A stretch of DNA of 63,397 bases, filler included, from Choristocarpus tenellus KU-1152 (Eukaryota; Protista; Phaeophyceae), in the NCBI GenBank assembly GCA_964200185.2. It is 10 parts of 10 records of this genome, joined end to end, with 100 filler letters (N's around TTAATTAATTAA, not from the genome) between each part and the next. Parts side by side here need not be neighbours in the genome. Positions count along the whole stretch, not along the records: positions 9,914 to 21,184 come from CAXNAD020002412.1; positions 21,285 to 25,281 come from CAXNAD020016742.1; positions 25,382 to 34,535 come from CAXNAD020003936.1; 7 more parts are not named here. One strand, 5' to 3'. Below the pieces are notes generated by a model. That model had not been told where the DNA came from. It did no database searches and saw nothing but the letters and a program-made list of their open reading frames with translations. Positions 13,601 to 26,069 of the stretch are shown here, in pieces. Within the stretch, counting starts at the first letter, position 1; every line of letters begins with the position of its first letter. A program made the translations under genes and the position numbers.

Positions 13601-16600
13601 TTAGGTGTGCAGTCCCAACATGTATCTATAGTGAGAGGAAGCTCGTTAGGGAAAATAGAGGTTGGCTACATAAAAGTCTCAAAACATCGCAGACACTGGA
13701 TAAAAGTTGTGGTTGCTGGGTTGTGATAGTCCCATATGCCCGCACAGAAGGATAGTTGTACAAGGTATATGCATGAAAGTTTTCCACAATATTAGGTTTG
13801 AAGTTGTTGAACCACTAGTACTGATACAAACAGAGTTAGTTGAGCACCTACATCCCACCTACATCAACCACTGCATGCCCTTGCCTTGCTACTTTGTTGC
13901 TTGAACCTGCAATCAGCCTCTTGTATATTCACTGCGATGACTTTATTCTCTTCCTCAAGGCGAACGTCTTCCTTCTCCAGAGATGCAAGTGTTCCTACCA
14001 CCTATATTGATTTTGAGAAGAGAACGAAAAACTAAATATCTTGTGGATGTACAAACATGCAGCAAAAATCTGTTAATAAAATGTTTCATACATTATATAT
14101 TACATACGAAGGGCATTCCCAGTGTGTCATCCAAAAACTGTGGCCGTGCTGAAGTTTGCATGATCCTAGAGTGCACTCGAGGCTGGTGCCCCTGCAAGCT
14201 CATGTTGTCCTCTCCCATAGAAGTGGCTTGTTCACATAGTACCTCAGCTCATCAGAAATATTAACTTTGAGATAAAAACATGCAGTCCATCGGTCCAACA
14301 ACAAACATTGATTTCATATTGTAAGAGTGACTACAAGGACACACACTCCCTCCTCAATAATACTAATTTATCAATAGGTTCCTCAAGATGTTATCTACAA
14401 GTCACACCATAAAAAAAACAGGAAACCAAGGAAGTGAACCATGCCATCAGGCCCACCACAACTACACTTGATTGTTTTGAAATATAATTTTGCTGGACTA
14501 CAAAATTAAAATGCACTATTTCACAAAGATCGAGACCCTGTTGGGAGAGGTCGTCCCTAGTTTGGGTCAACATGCTTAGAAGTCCCCAATGTGAAGTCCA
14601 AGTACCTAAACTTGTTTATTGTTGCTACTCCACAGCTGGTGATATGTGGGAAAAGGGATCACTATGCACATATAGTTGGAAAACTGGAAGGGTCTCAGTA
14701 CCAGTGGGTACAATTATATACTTGTGGATAGTATATTGCTCCAAACATTGAAGTTGTGCAGTGTATACTGTGTTACTACACTAACAACTACCATACTACC
14801 ACATGTACATGTAGTACTTCGAGACATGCAATATGAACCAGTATGCAATACTATAGTACTACTTCGAAGTACTGAGTCAAAGGTATGTGTTGTTCCTGTC
14901 CTTCACATTCTAACAGGATAATTCGAGTACCTTCAATTTCCGTTCTGCACGACATTATACTATTCTACACTTGAGCTCTGAAGGTGAGGATGGACCAATG
15001 GTTGGCAAAACACATGACATTATCCAATAGCTTACATGAGGTAGCATAGTACTTCCTTGTACCTAAAACTTTGTCATCAAGAAGGAGTGTGCTTGAAAGT
15101 GTCACTATGATACTATGTAGTACAAGTATCAGCATTTTGCAGCATCTTCACAATGAACATGAAAATGACAGAGGTGTTCCGAATGTGGTGAGGGCCATCA
15201 TGTTGGCTGATACAGTGCCTTGAGAGCTCAGGAAATCATTTTTAGTACAACGATTTGGTACACAGTACTGCTTGAGGAGAGTGAAAGTATCTTAGAGGGT
15301 ACGAGGTTTCCCCTGTTTGTCTATTTGGGGCTTGGCTTCCCATGGTCTCTTATTATGACATTCTCCAACTCCAAAATGTTTCGGAGTAGGTAAAATGCAT
15401 ACGTTATGAAAAATTGTGTCCGGAACAAGGATATTGACACTACCTAACAAACATGATAGCCTAGATTACATCAAAATCGCAACATTGGATTTTGGACCCC
15501 AAATGGACGCGGCTCTACCCTCTAAGATACTTTGGCTCAGGAGTATATATATATATATTTGCATAATAAGCCTGCCTTGGAAACGTTAGAAAAGTGCTTT
15601 GGATTGCAAATATATATACTTCATGATCCCTAGAAGTTGGGGAAATAAATGCCAGTAGTATGAGGTTCGGGATATTTACCTCTCCAGTGGGACTGCACAT
15701 TAATTGGTCACCAACCGAGTTCTGGTGAAAGGGACAATTCAATACCCTGAAAGGCAGAAATAGCAGGCACATGCAGTCAAATTTGGCATATTGCTTATGA
15801 GGAAGACGTGCTGCACTCTTGTTCTTGATTAGATCGCTTAGTACTCCCTACAGCACATTCTTCAATTTGCCCATACCACATTGAGTCTGAAGGCCTTTGT
15901 ACCTTCAGCTCTGGTATCAGGAATTACACAAGACCTAGTGCTCTCGATGTCATTCCCCAGTGCATAACAATCTGGGTGAATGAGTTGAAGGTTATGTTGT
16001 TGGCATTGCTTCCCAGATTCAACACACAAATTTGAGTGTCTCTACACATCGCCTGCAATGGTGACTGCAACAAAGAGAAAAGCTTGTACACCAATACTCT
16101 GACCTGTTCCATTTGCTTGCCCTTCACATCTGTGAAACAATCTTCCAGTAGTCCCACTTCTTTAGCCAGTGTTTCTCGTTCTGCTTCCAGGGGTTGTATC
16201 TCCTCTGTGATGCAAGAAAAGTGAGAGGCATAAACAGTATAGTACATAGTACTGTTGAACCTACTTCGCCACTGGAAAGATAGTACAGGTAGGTGACATC
16301 AGGTCAAAGGGGCTCCCCTTTCACAGAGAGAAGGTAGCATTATCCATGTAATCAGGGCTGCTCGATTGACTACAGAAAGCAGGAAATGCTGTGGTTAAGA
16401 GCTACTTTGAAATAAGTCCCTGAAGTACTTGCTCTACGATGGTGGATAAAGAAGCTTCATGGAACAATGTCAACACACTGCGATGATGACTACATTCTCT
16501 GTAGATGTGGACACATCTAACAACTTCCACCAGTCCAGCTACTGTTGAGCTCAATATTCCTTACTATTACACTATGGGGAGGATCGTACATACGGAGGAA

Positions 16601-19556
16601 GAGCAATAGAGCAACAGAGACATTTTTTTTCACCCTGCAAATGTGCAGTTGCTAAGTGCTTCTCCTTCACTGTGCATTCGACCTCATGTGATAAATGCTG
16701 CAGAGTCAATTGTGCAGCTTCCTCCCTGTGCCTCAGATTGTCTTGTTTGATCCGGCAGTCCTGGATTGCCTGGAGCAGGGGCACTGAAACTCAATTGTTT
16801 ACTCCAATGTAGGGATTTGAAGGGAATTGTTGTTGTTTTCTCGGTGTGTTGAATAGAATGATTTTGCCAGTGCTAATTTGTGCCTGCCTGACTAATAGTT
16901 TGTGTAGATGGGTACTATTTTGACTGCAAGAAAAGTTTAGCAGACAAGCATTGAAAGTCACAATACTGCCTATGTGATGATGATGCGACCTCCTAACATG
17001 GGGACTCGAAATTGTAACATTTACCTGCAAAGCTGCTGTCATGCTTGTCTCGGTAAGTGTGGCATCATTGTCTTGGTCACTGCATTGCATATCAAGTTCA
17101 ACGCATCTAGTAGCAAGCTCTGCATGCTGGGCCTCCAGTGCTTTGTTTTTTTCGGTTATACGTTTTACATCTCCCTAGAATAGAACCATTATAGAAGTAA
17201 TGTCAAGGCTGAATTATGTTCACATTAGCACTTCGAAATCGTATGTATGGAGGGGGGATATGTGTACTACTGTATGCATTTTGATGAGGTTTTCCACATC
17301 AGTCATAAGAACAAACGGACACCTGGACTTGTGTGAAAATGAGAGTTACATTTTTCACGTGCCTGTTCTTAAAATAACAAGCACCAGGCTATTGTTGATT
17401 GCAGTAGGTGTGAGGGAGGAAGGGGGGGTGATTTAGCATCCTTCAGAACAGTGCACCAGTGAACATGTTCAAAGAGGATCTGACACAATTTTGTTGCTTG
17501 CTTACATTGGTTTAAAGCACATCATGCTTAGTCACTAATGATCTCCTTACATTGGTGCACTTGATGTATCTCTGATTCAAGTCTTCCATGCGGACAGCAA
17601 CCCCTTCAGACTCAGTGTCGACCTTTGCAGCCACCTCTTGAAAGTCCACGGCACCTTGATTAGAGACATATATTATGTATGCAGCAGAACGCCAGGGCCA
17701 AGGGGATATACGACTGATTGGATATCTCAGTATCAACACAGCTCAAATGTACTACAATGAATGACTGGTCTCCGATCTAATCGATCTGCTCTTGAGATCG
17801 AGTACATATAATAGTAAGGAATTAGGGTAAGCTCAAGAGTATTTCGAAGTGCACCAAAATATTTTATCGTGTCAGCGTACTAACCAGATAAGGAAATGTA
17901 CATCATGTGTGAAATAACTCATTCATCTAATGAACCAGAGCCCATCTGTAGCAAGTCACTGGACAGGTAACATTTGCAAGGTCTTTTAATTGGCAATACC
18001 TTTCTCCACTCCTCTCTGTGTTAACCATACATGGTATCATCTGGGGGATGTGAATAATGTATTGAAGCAGTCTTTTATCCATTCCCCCAGCAATGGTAAG
18101 TCAAGTCACACTGCACATGGTTACCTTGAGACAATGATGAGACCCTTGAAGAACTAATTCGTGCAACCTGGTTCATGACATGCTCCACTTTGAGGAGAAG
18201 ATCATCCAACTGGAGACCTCAAAAATAGATCATACAAGCACATGGAGATATAGATTGTTCGAGATTAGTGGTTGAATAACAACTCACAAGTGAGAGGATA
18301 GCAAAATTGATGAGAATATGCTTTTTCTGGTAGTAGTACCATAAAACCAAATTCCAAACAGTAATATGGTACTCCAGTACAGCAATTGGTAGGTACAAGT
18401 AAGGACAGGCGGGCCACCCAGGTGAGGAGTCCTGAAAGAACTCAGTCAAAGTAAACGAGAGATACCCAGAATTGCATTTTAAGGATGGTGACAAATATGT
18501 GCAAAATTCGGTTTCGTTTACAAAAGTTAATAGGATATTTTCTGAATTGTGCGGGAAAGGTTTCAAACCATAGAGAAATAAACGGTCTCATGTCAAACTT
18601 AGAACTTCATTCATAGAACTATGGTGAATTGCTACAGATTGCAAAACAGACATAAAAAATAAAACGGCCAGAGCCTGGGTACCTCTCGTTTACTTTGGCT
18701 CTTAGTCGCAACTCCTCTATTTTTAGGGTCTAATAGCAAGAACGGTCATGACTCCAGGTTGTTTTGCGGACCAATCTGTGTGTTGATGTACTCAGGGTGA
18801 AAGGTATACTGGACTGACATGCTCACCTTGTCCGCTCTGTGATGAAGCATTTTTGTGGCTGTAGCCTTGGTGACACGGTATCTGTCGGTTAATGCAATCC
18901 CTTCTTCCAGACTTTTCTGTGCGTTGATCAAGCCAAGAACAAGGGATCATCATCTCAAGATTTTCCAGAATTCAAGGCGCACCACAGAAAGTTTGTGTAC
19001 ACTTGGCAAAACGGAGAGCAGGAGCTTGATCAGCCCGAAATATCTGAGTCAAAGCATCAGTTGCATAATGGCAAAGAATCTGAAATCAAGCCTACTCATT
19101 GTCCCCCTTGTAGTACAATATCCTTCTGCTTTCGGGAACTACCCAGCGAAATCCCGTCTTCCTCCTACTTATGGTCACCTTTCGTAGCAAAGTCAATTGT
19201 CTTGCGTGGTCCAACCAGTGCGAAGGAACAATACCAAACCAAATACATCTGTTATCGTCTAAGGACATATACAGCTCTTGTAGTTCCAAAAGGTCAAAGG
19301 TGGTGGCGCAAGATCAACTGCCTACTACTCTCATGTCATTCCCTCTTTTCTTGCGTGGGTGTCGCATTCAGATCTGTGGCGCTTCCTAGTCATAACAACT
19401 CATTGGTGAGGCTCGAGATGTGTGTGTAGGCTGTCTCACCTCAAGTCCGCAGATCTTGACCGTCAACTCTTGGGCCTCATGCTTTTTGCGATCATTTTCT
19501 TCCTTCGAAGCCACGAGTACTACATGCATCTCGCTCAGTTGGGCGACCTCTGACAT
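10618..19556 (-). CDS. Uncharacterised long coiled-coil protein (~520 aa); 13 exons: 19556-19440, 18916-18827, 18209-18125, 17654-17551, 17174-17025, 16769-16634, 16204-16104, 14001-13885, 13269-13100, 12773-12653, 12148-12046, 11285-11116, 10728-10622
   Basis: Thirteen exons join in phase (one GC-AG intron) into an E/K/Q/L-rich heptad protein starting MSEVAQLSEMHVVL. The 3' end is uncertain (stop at 10618 or a further exon). Confidence 0.85.
15279..15538 (+). mobile_element. MITE family A (~260 bp), full copy
   Basis: TIRs GAGTGAAAGTATCTTAGAGGGTA / TACCCTCTAAGATACTTTGGCTC; flanked by AGGA/AGGA; nine related copies in the window. Confidence 0.92.
18443..18701 (+). mobile_element. MITE family B (~260 bp), full copy
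   Basis: TIRs CAGTCAAAGTAAACGAGAGATACCCAG / CTGGGTACCTCTCGTTTACTTTGGCTC. Confidence 0.85.
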
Positions 19557-19805
19557 GGTTGTTGATGGTGGGTCTGGAATTGATGTGTTTGAGGAGGTGA
19601 CCCTTTCTTTGCTTCGCACAACTTCGGCAGAGACCACCTCAGCCGCTGTTATCTAGAATTCGCTTGGAAGGTACTCAGAAATCCTTGGTATACCTCTTCG
19701 TCCTTCTCACTGATTTCTCATCGTGGTTGATATTGTCGCTCATTCCGTATAAAAAAATAATAAAACAATATTTAACAGTTTAGATCCCACACTAAATACT
19801 TTTTT

Positions 19806-20250
19806 CGGACCTTTTCACCGGGCTGGTCAGTTACCATTATCCGCCGCCATATGGCCACGGACTACCTTGTGACCCACCCCAATTGAAACTGTCGATGGCC
19901 TTGGACTCGGCCAAGTTCCAACTTGGTTGTACATGGGCACCCAACGGCGTGGTTATGTTGACTAGTGATGGCCATGGGCTGGGCCATGTTTCAACTTGTA
20001 CCTCCGATTCAGTCATACTGGGCAGTGAAAGCCATGGACTCGGATATATTAGAACATTTTATGTATGAGAAGGTTAGCAATATTTTCTGACACTTGGCTA
20101 CAGATGACATGACCACATCATATCTCTTATTTTTCATTCAGTTGTATTTTGTATCTTGTACTACTATCTTAAGTTATAAATAGAATATATATTATATCTT
20201 TACTATTTAGAGATGGTTGAAAATTCAAAATTGAATCCAAATACACAGTT
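19806..20250 (+). mobile_element. Family D hAT-like element, left-half fragment
   Basis: Colinear similarity to 714-1210 (TTCCAACTTGGTTGTACAT, GCCATGGACT, TAGAACATTTTA, AAATACACAGT). Confidence 0.65.
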
Positions 20251-21284
20251 GTGTGTGTGTTTTGGGGTATATTTTAGGGATAAAATCAGCGAACTGGCGC
20301 ACCATTAGACTTCGCGACACATCGCGAGACCCCTTCACCACCTGTCCACACTCGCGAGATTCCTCCCTTTGCGCAGTCTCGTCTTTTACACTCCCTAATT
20401 AATCAAACGATGTTTTGGGTTAACACATCTCGTATATCTCATGCTGCATAATAGCCTTGAACTCATCACTAAGGTGGTATCAGTAACTTCGCCCTCTGTG
20501 GCAATCTTGCTTTTTTTCAGTGGAACTCCACAGCAGTCATATATCATTGCATACATTGACTGAAAGGGTATGACAAGAGCATTTGGAGGTTTGTATGCAC
20601 CAATGTCCAGGCTTCAAAAAACGGGACCCATTTCCCGATCTTTCCCGATCAAATAATGGCAAGAACGCGGGGGAACATCTCCGGTGCAGTTTTGAAGGTG
20701 AAGACTCCAAAAACGGACAAAAATGAAGTGGTTGGTCGAACTCCTTGCACAAAATTTGTCTACGGTAGTTCGCTACCCAAGTTTGCCTGGTGTGGTGATA
20801 CAGAAAAAAAACAAGATTTGCAAACATCTTTTTAACGCCTTTTGCAGGATCTCTGTGAGCACACACACGCGTGACCCACACAGCAACATGAACCACGACG
20901 GTAAGACAAGGAGAGCCACCGAGGCCACTCTGCCCCCTGGATTTACCCTCGGCACCTTCTCTGTCTAGAGGCGACGGAAATGCAAGTACCATTGACGCTC
21001 AGTGCGATGTTAGGTGACGAAAATATGCGAGGAGTGTGGCGCAGCAGCATAATCAAATCGCGAAATGGATCGCAGGGCCGCGACGCTGATGTTGAGAGAA
21101 GGTGCATTGAAAGCATTACCACACAAACGTGGTTGGATCTTGAACCGATGCGGAGCACTGCTCTGCAGTCTCTGCCACCTCGGGNNNNNNNNNNNNNNNN
21201 NNNNNNNNNNNNNNNNNNNNNNNNNNNNTTAATTAATTAANNNNNNNNNNNNNNNNNNNNNNNNNNNNNNNNNNNNNNNNNNNN

Positions 21285-21362
21285 ATGTAACTGCCCCTTT
21301 CCTGGTCAGGGCCCAAATGGACAGCCGCCCCCCCCCCCCCCCCCCCCCAGATACTATGAGCC
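21285..21362 (+). mobile_element. MITE family C, right-end fragment at gap
   Basis: AAATGGACAGCCG-polyC-AGATACTATGAGCC. Confidence 0.75.
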
Positions 21363-21495
21363 AGAACCACCAAGTAACTGAAATGATGATAACCAACCCT
21401 CCCAATTCCAAGAAAATGTCTTTGCTGCTTCTGACAAAATGTTGCTATTCCACCCCCAAGTAATAACTGGGAGGGAAGGGAGTTCACCACGTGGT

Positions 21496-21778
21496 GAGTG
21501 AAATGATCTTATGAAGAGAGGGTACGAGTTTCGCCCCGCTTGTCCGTTTGGGGCTTGACTTCTCACGGGGGGTTTTTAAATGATATTTTCCTATCCCAAA
21601 ATAATTCGGAGTAGGTAAGACGTGTACGTTTCGGAGTAGGTATCATGCATGTGTCTGGAACGAGGATATTGACACTTCCTAACTAACGCGATAGTCAAAA
21701 TTGCATCGAAATCGCAACATCAGACTTTGGCCCCAAAATGGACGCGGCTCTACCCTAACCCTAAGATACTTTTGACTC
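21496..21778 (+). mobile_element. MITE family A, full diverged copy
   Basis: GAGTGAAA...GATACTTTTGACTC, with the internal sequence colinear with 15279-15538. Confidence 0.88.
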
Positions 21779-22431
21779 GTTCACCTGTTTCCCTTTCGGT
21801 GATTTTCACGAACCTCCCACATGAGCTTGTTGTGCCTATTAGCACGGTAGAATTCCCTCTCAATCTGGAAGCGTCCATTTATGTTCCAACGTGTCAGTTC
21901 TGTTGTGGTTGTGAAGTTGATATCTCATATCATGTTAATTGAGGTGGAGATTCACATGTGAGGAAAAAAGACTGTGGTGGAGTGGGTATCAAACGAAATC
22001 ATCTGATACTACCATGTAGTCCTTTGAAGCCAAGATAGATTGCTTGTGTTTGAGCAAGTACCTAGTGCATCTGATACAGCCGCCCATTGTGGCTAGCATG
22101 ACACCTTGTTTGTTTTTGAGGTTGTGATATTCTTCAAAGCCTCGTCTTTGAAGGGGCAAATGTTACAGAACGGTTTCTGCCAACCTGGGCTGATATTGCC
22201 CAGCTCAGGACTGTGACCTACTTAGAACCTCAGGCTCAATGCTGTTTTTCTCGTCTTGTTGGTAACTTCCAATTTTGATTCACGTGCCTTTATAATACAG
22301 GGATTTAATTCTATTGTCTGTGAGGCTGAGGCTGTGAGGCTGTAAGGTTCAGTTTACCCATGGAGTGAGCTAAGTTGTTGGAACCCAGATGCAAAGGTCC
22401 TATCACCCTTGAGGTTGTTGAGGCATATATT

Positions 22432-22695
22432 GAGTGAAAGTACCTTAGAGGGTACGAGTTCTGCCCTGTTTGTCCATTTGGCGCTTGACTTTCCACGGGT
22501 TGTAATGATATTTGACCTACTCTGAAACCAAACGGTGTTAGAGTAGGTAAAATGTATACGTTATGACAAGGTGTGTCCGGAACAAGGATATTGACATCTC
22601 CTAACAAACACGATGGCCAAAATTAGATCAAAATTGCAACATTGGGTTTTGGCTCCCAAATGGACGCGGCGGTACCCTCTAAGATACTTTAACTC
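22432..22695 (+). mobile_element. MITE family A, full copy
   Basis: Both TIRs present; 3-bp TSD ATT/ATT. Confidence 0.92.
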
Positions 22696-23167
22696 ATTCA
22701 TTATTGAAGTGTATGATATACATTTCAGACACCTCTTTGGATGTGTAAACTTAGAGTAGCTGTGAGGCTGACATTTTTTCATCCTCTCCATCCTGACACC
22801 ACAGTCGAGTCACGGTCTGAGACAATGCTCTGCTCACTCACCCCTGAGCTATCAGGGTTTGGAACAACAGATAAAGCTCCGATTCTTCAACAAGAAAAGC
22901 AGAAGAGACTTGGCTGTCAGTGATGAGGTCCTCAAAAGTCACAACAAAGAACATGAAGAGCAGGAGTAGCGTCAAGAAACTTAATGCATTAAGGATACGA
23001 CTCGACTCGCTCTTCCTCACGCCATAAGTGACACCTATCGCGCGGCGTTTGATCCTTAAACTTCTCGCTTTTCAATCAGTCCTCATCCAACTATTTTCAA
23101 CACCAGAACATCAAAACTTACTAATTTACATATTGTAAATTCGATCAACTCCCGTCAAATGTCCGAG

Positions 23168-23239
23168 GCTCCTATAGCTCAGTGGTAGAGCGACAGCTTA
23201 GTAAGCTGCAGGTTATGAGTTCGACTATCAGTGGGAGCT
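23168..23239 (+). tRNA. tRNA-Thr(AGT), imperfect (possible pseudogene)
   Basis: Acceptor stem GCTCCTA/TGGGAGC, D arm GCTC-AGTGGTA-GAGC, anticodon loop TT-AGT-AA, T loop TTCGACT, and TTTT just downstream. Mismatches at A27-C43, A49-G65 and G53-A61. Confidence 0.8.
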
Positions 23240-24996
23240 TGACTTTTCGTCTACACCACACTAGTAGTACGTTCCTAGGGCGTACGTAACAACACGGTGT
23301 TATATTGGCATCATTTTGACGAGAGTGACGATATGATACGGATCATACCTAAGAGCCAGCCAAGCGTTCCTAGTTCACAATTGATTTGAAGAACCTTTTC
23401 CGCAAGACATGATTGTAGTACAGTGTGATGATTTGATTTCCTTACTGTGACAGACAAGATGGCAGTCGTTCCAGTTCCCTCATTATCACCTATACGCCAC
23501 ATCTTTTACAAATCCTCAAAGCATCAGAGTACCATGACATTCTTGAAGTTCTATGATCATAGGTATAGACAAGACTGTCTTACATAGATTTCAGAGAATG
23601 AAAAATATATAAAAGGGACTGGAAATATTCTTGAAAATTTGGCTTCTTCTCAATGCATGAAACTTGTAGAGATATATGTCCTGAATACATACATATTCAT
23701 GAGGGCATGAAGCTATTACGTAGTTCAACCGTATCACTTCAATGTGGCTGATAGTAACGCCTCTATATGTGCGATATCAGGGCGTCTTGTCAATGATATA
23801 TTTGTACACTCATTTCATTTTAGCCTGCTACCACTGGGTGCATTTAGGGTTAAAATGACACAGTCCAAAAGATACGGCTCATATTGAGATTTAATAACAC
23901 AATTAAGAACACACATTATCTTATCAAACAATCACCCTTCATCATTGTTATTGTCAATCAATCACCCTTCGCCATTGTTCGTAATCAGTGAACACAAGTC
24001 GAAGACTGAGTGTGTTTGTGAACTATTCCACAATTGACGGTATTGATGAAGAATCATCTTATTGTTGAAGTTACAATATTGAAGATGGAGTTTGAGGGGA
24101 TCCTGCAAAGAGTGACATTTTCATTACTATACTAACACCTGTATCGCCATACTCTCCAGGGCCATAGATAGCTTGTACATCACAATTAGGTGAAGATGAT
24201 GCATTCAACCTGCAGCACCCCCCTGGCATCACTTCCAAAGGACTTCCTGCTCTCTATATATCTCACATTATATTTAGTCATAATCTCCCCAGCATCTGAA
24301 CACAGAAGTTGTGCCTCCGTCCTTGGCACTCTTCCCTCAGACAATCCTTGCCTTCCACCTCCTTTACTGTTCTCCTCCTCATGACATTCTGCCTCTGCAC
24401 CTTCAAAGGCGTGCTGGATCATTGGTGTCAACATGGAGGGGTGGGAAACAAGATGAAAATAATAAAAAGGGTGGGGCGCCACAATGTATTGTTGTGTCTG
24501 CACTACTTGCAAGTGACGGTTTGCTTGATTGATACACATGTTGGAATGATTTTACTCTCTGATTCCGTGTTGACACATAGAGCATTGCAGATAATTGGTC
24601 CGTGTAAAGTCTGTGGGCTAGAACAACAAGAGGGGTTGTTGAACATGAGGGAGAGGGTGCAAGGGCGATGAGGAGCGATGTGATGTCCTGGGAAAGCAAT
24701 GGTCTGTGCAATACCAGGAAGATCGTCTGGCCCTTTGATACTCTCTGTGTCACATTTCCGATATGTAGCAGAGTGTGTATTGATTACCTTAGTGGAGACA
24801 GCAAATTTCAATGTTTTGTATGAATCAAGTTAGGGGTGTAATTCCTCATGTATGGATCAACTCTTGGAAACCGATTGAAGTCCATCGAGTCACAATGTGA
24901 TCTATCAACATTGGGAAACAGCGCTATACTCTAATGTGAAATTTCCAAGGTATTGCACGTATTTCTGTTCCCATACGCCTCCAGTCATTCGTGAAC

Positions 24997-25096
24997 GAGC
25001 CAAAGTACCTTAGGGTTAGGGTAGAGCCACATCTGCGTGGGGGCCAAAATCCAGTGTTGCGATCTTGATGTAATTTTGGCAATTGAATTGTTAGGA
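24997..25096 (-). mobile_element. MITE family A, reverse copy interrupted by a second copy
   Basis: GAGCCAAAGTACC...GGCCAAAATCCAGTGTTGCGATCTTGATGTAATTTTGGC...TTAGGA, then a new left TIR. Confidence 0.85.
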
Positions 25097-25281
25097 GAGT
25101 GAAAGTATCTAAGAGGGTACGAGTTTTGCCCTGTGTGTCAATTTGGGGCTTGACTTCCCACAGGTTTTTAATGACATTTAACCTACTCCAAAAGTTTCGG
25201 AGTAGGTAAAATGTATACGTTATGAAAAGGTGTGTCCGGAACAAGGATATGGAAATCTCCTAACAAACATGATAGCCAAAA
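25097..25281 (+). mobile_element. MITE family A, nested copy truncated by gap
   Basis: GAGTGAAAGTATCTAAGAGGGTAC... to the contig end. Confidence 0.9.
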
Positions 25282-26069
25282 NNNNNNNNNNNNNNNNNNN
25301 NNNNNNNNNNNNNNNNNNNNNNNNNTTAATTAATTAANNNNNNNNNNNNNNNNNNNNNNNNNNNNNNNNNNNNNNNNNNNNCATATTTCATCCTCATAAC
25401 CCCCCCCCCTCCGTGTCAAACTAACTCAACAATACAATTAATCCTGCCACGGGTTGATCAGAAGAAATGTGTGTGATTAAAAAATATAATGCTTCCGTTC
25501 ACCTCAAAACAGTTACAACTTGAGCTGCACCCTAAAGTATGATGAGTGTTTATTCCCTCAGCAAAGGAAACTCCTGAAAGTGAGTTGGTGGTTCAGATCG
25601 ATTGTCTCCACAGACCCCTACCCAAACCTTGAGGCAAAACGTAACACTTTTTCGCACAGGACCCGATCTCTCTGCACCCTGGTTACACTGGTTAATAACA
25701 GGAAATTCGAAATTACGCCTCTATGACACACACATTTGCACAGACGTAAATCACAGAGAACATAGAATAGGGAGATCGAGTTTACCTTAAAAAAAAAACA
25801 GGAGTGCCACAAGAGAGTTGTCAGATAAAGGCACTCTCTGTAGATTCACCTAGACCACACCATACAGTCAAAATATTGCAGAAACTCAATTTCTCTTCAT
25901 ATTCCTTGAGAAATGGGCAGAGAGCTAAGTTTGACCCAAGTTCATAAGCCTCTGCTTCAAGTTCCGAAATATAAAACAAGATATGGACCTGCAAAGAACT
26001 TCAATACTGTACCCCATCCCCCTCTCCTCTTACCATCACAACATTTGCTCTCTCGTCTCACCCAGAAGC

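Noticed and set aside
20537-21240. Overlapping ORFs in a CpG-rich region
   Set aside because: Probably near a gene start, but no frame or splice model could be supported before the gap.
22838-23020. Hydrophobic ORF beside the tRNA
   Set aside because: No in-frame ATG, and the downstream candidate exon has stops in all frames.
24186-24811. Several overlapping 100-120-aa ORFs as a transposase for the MITEs
   Set aside because: No DDE or other recognisable motif; at most a decayed exon.
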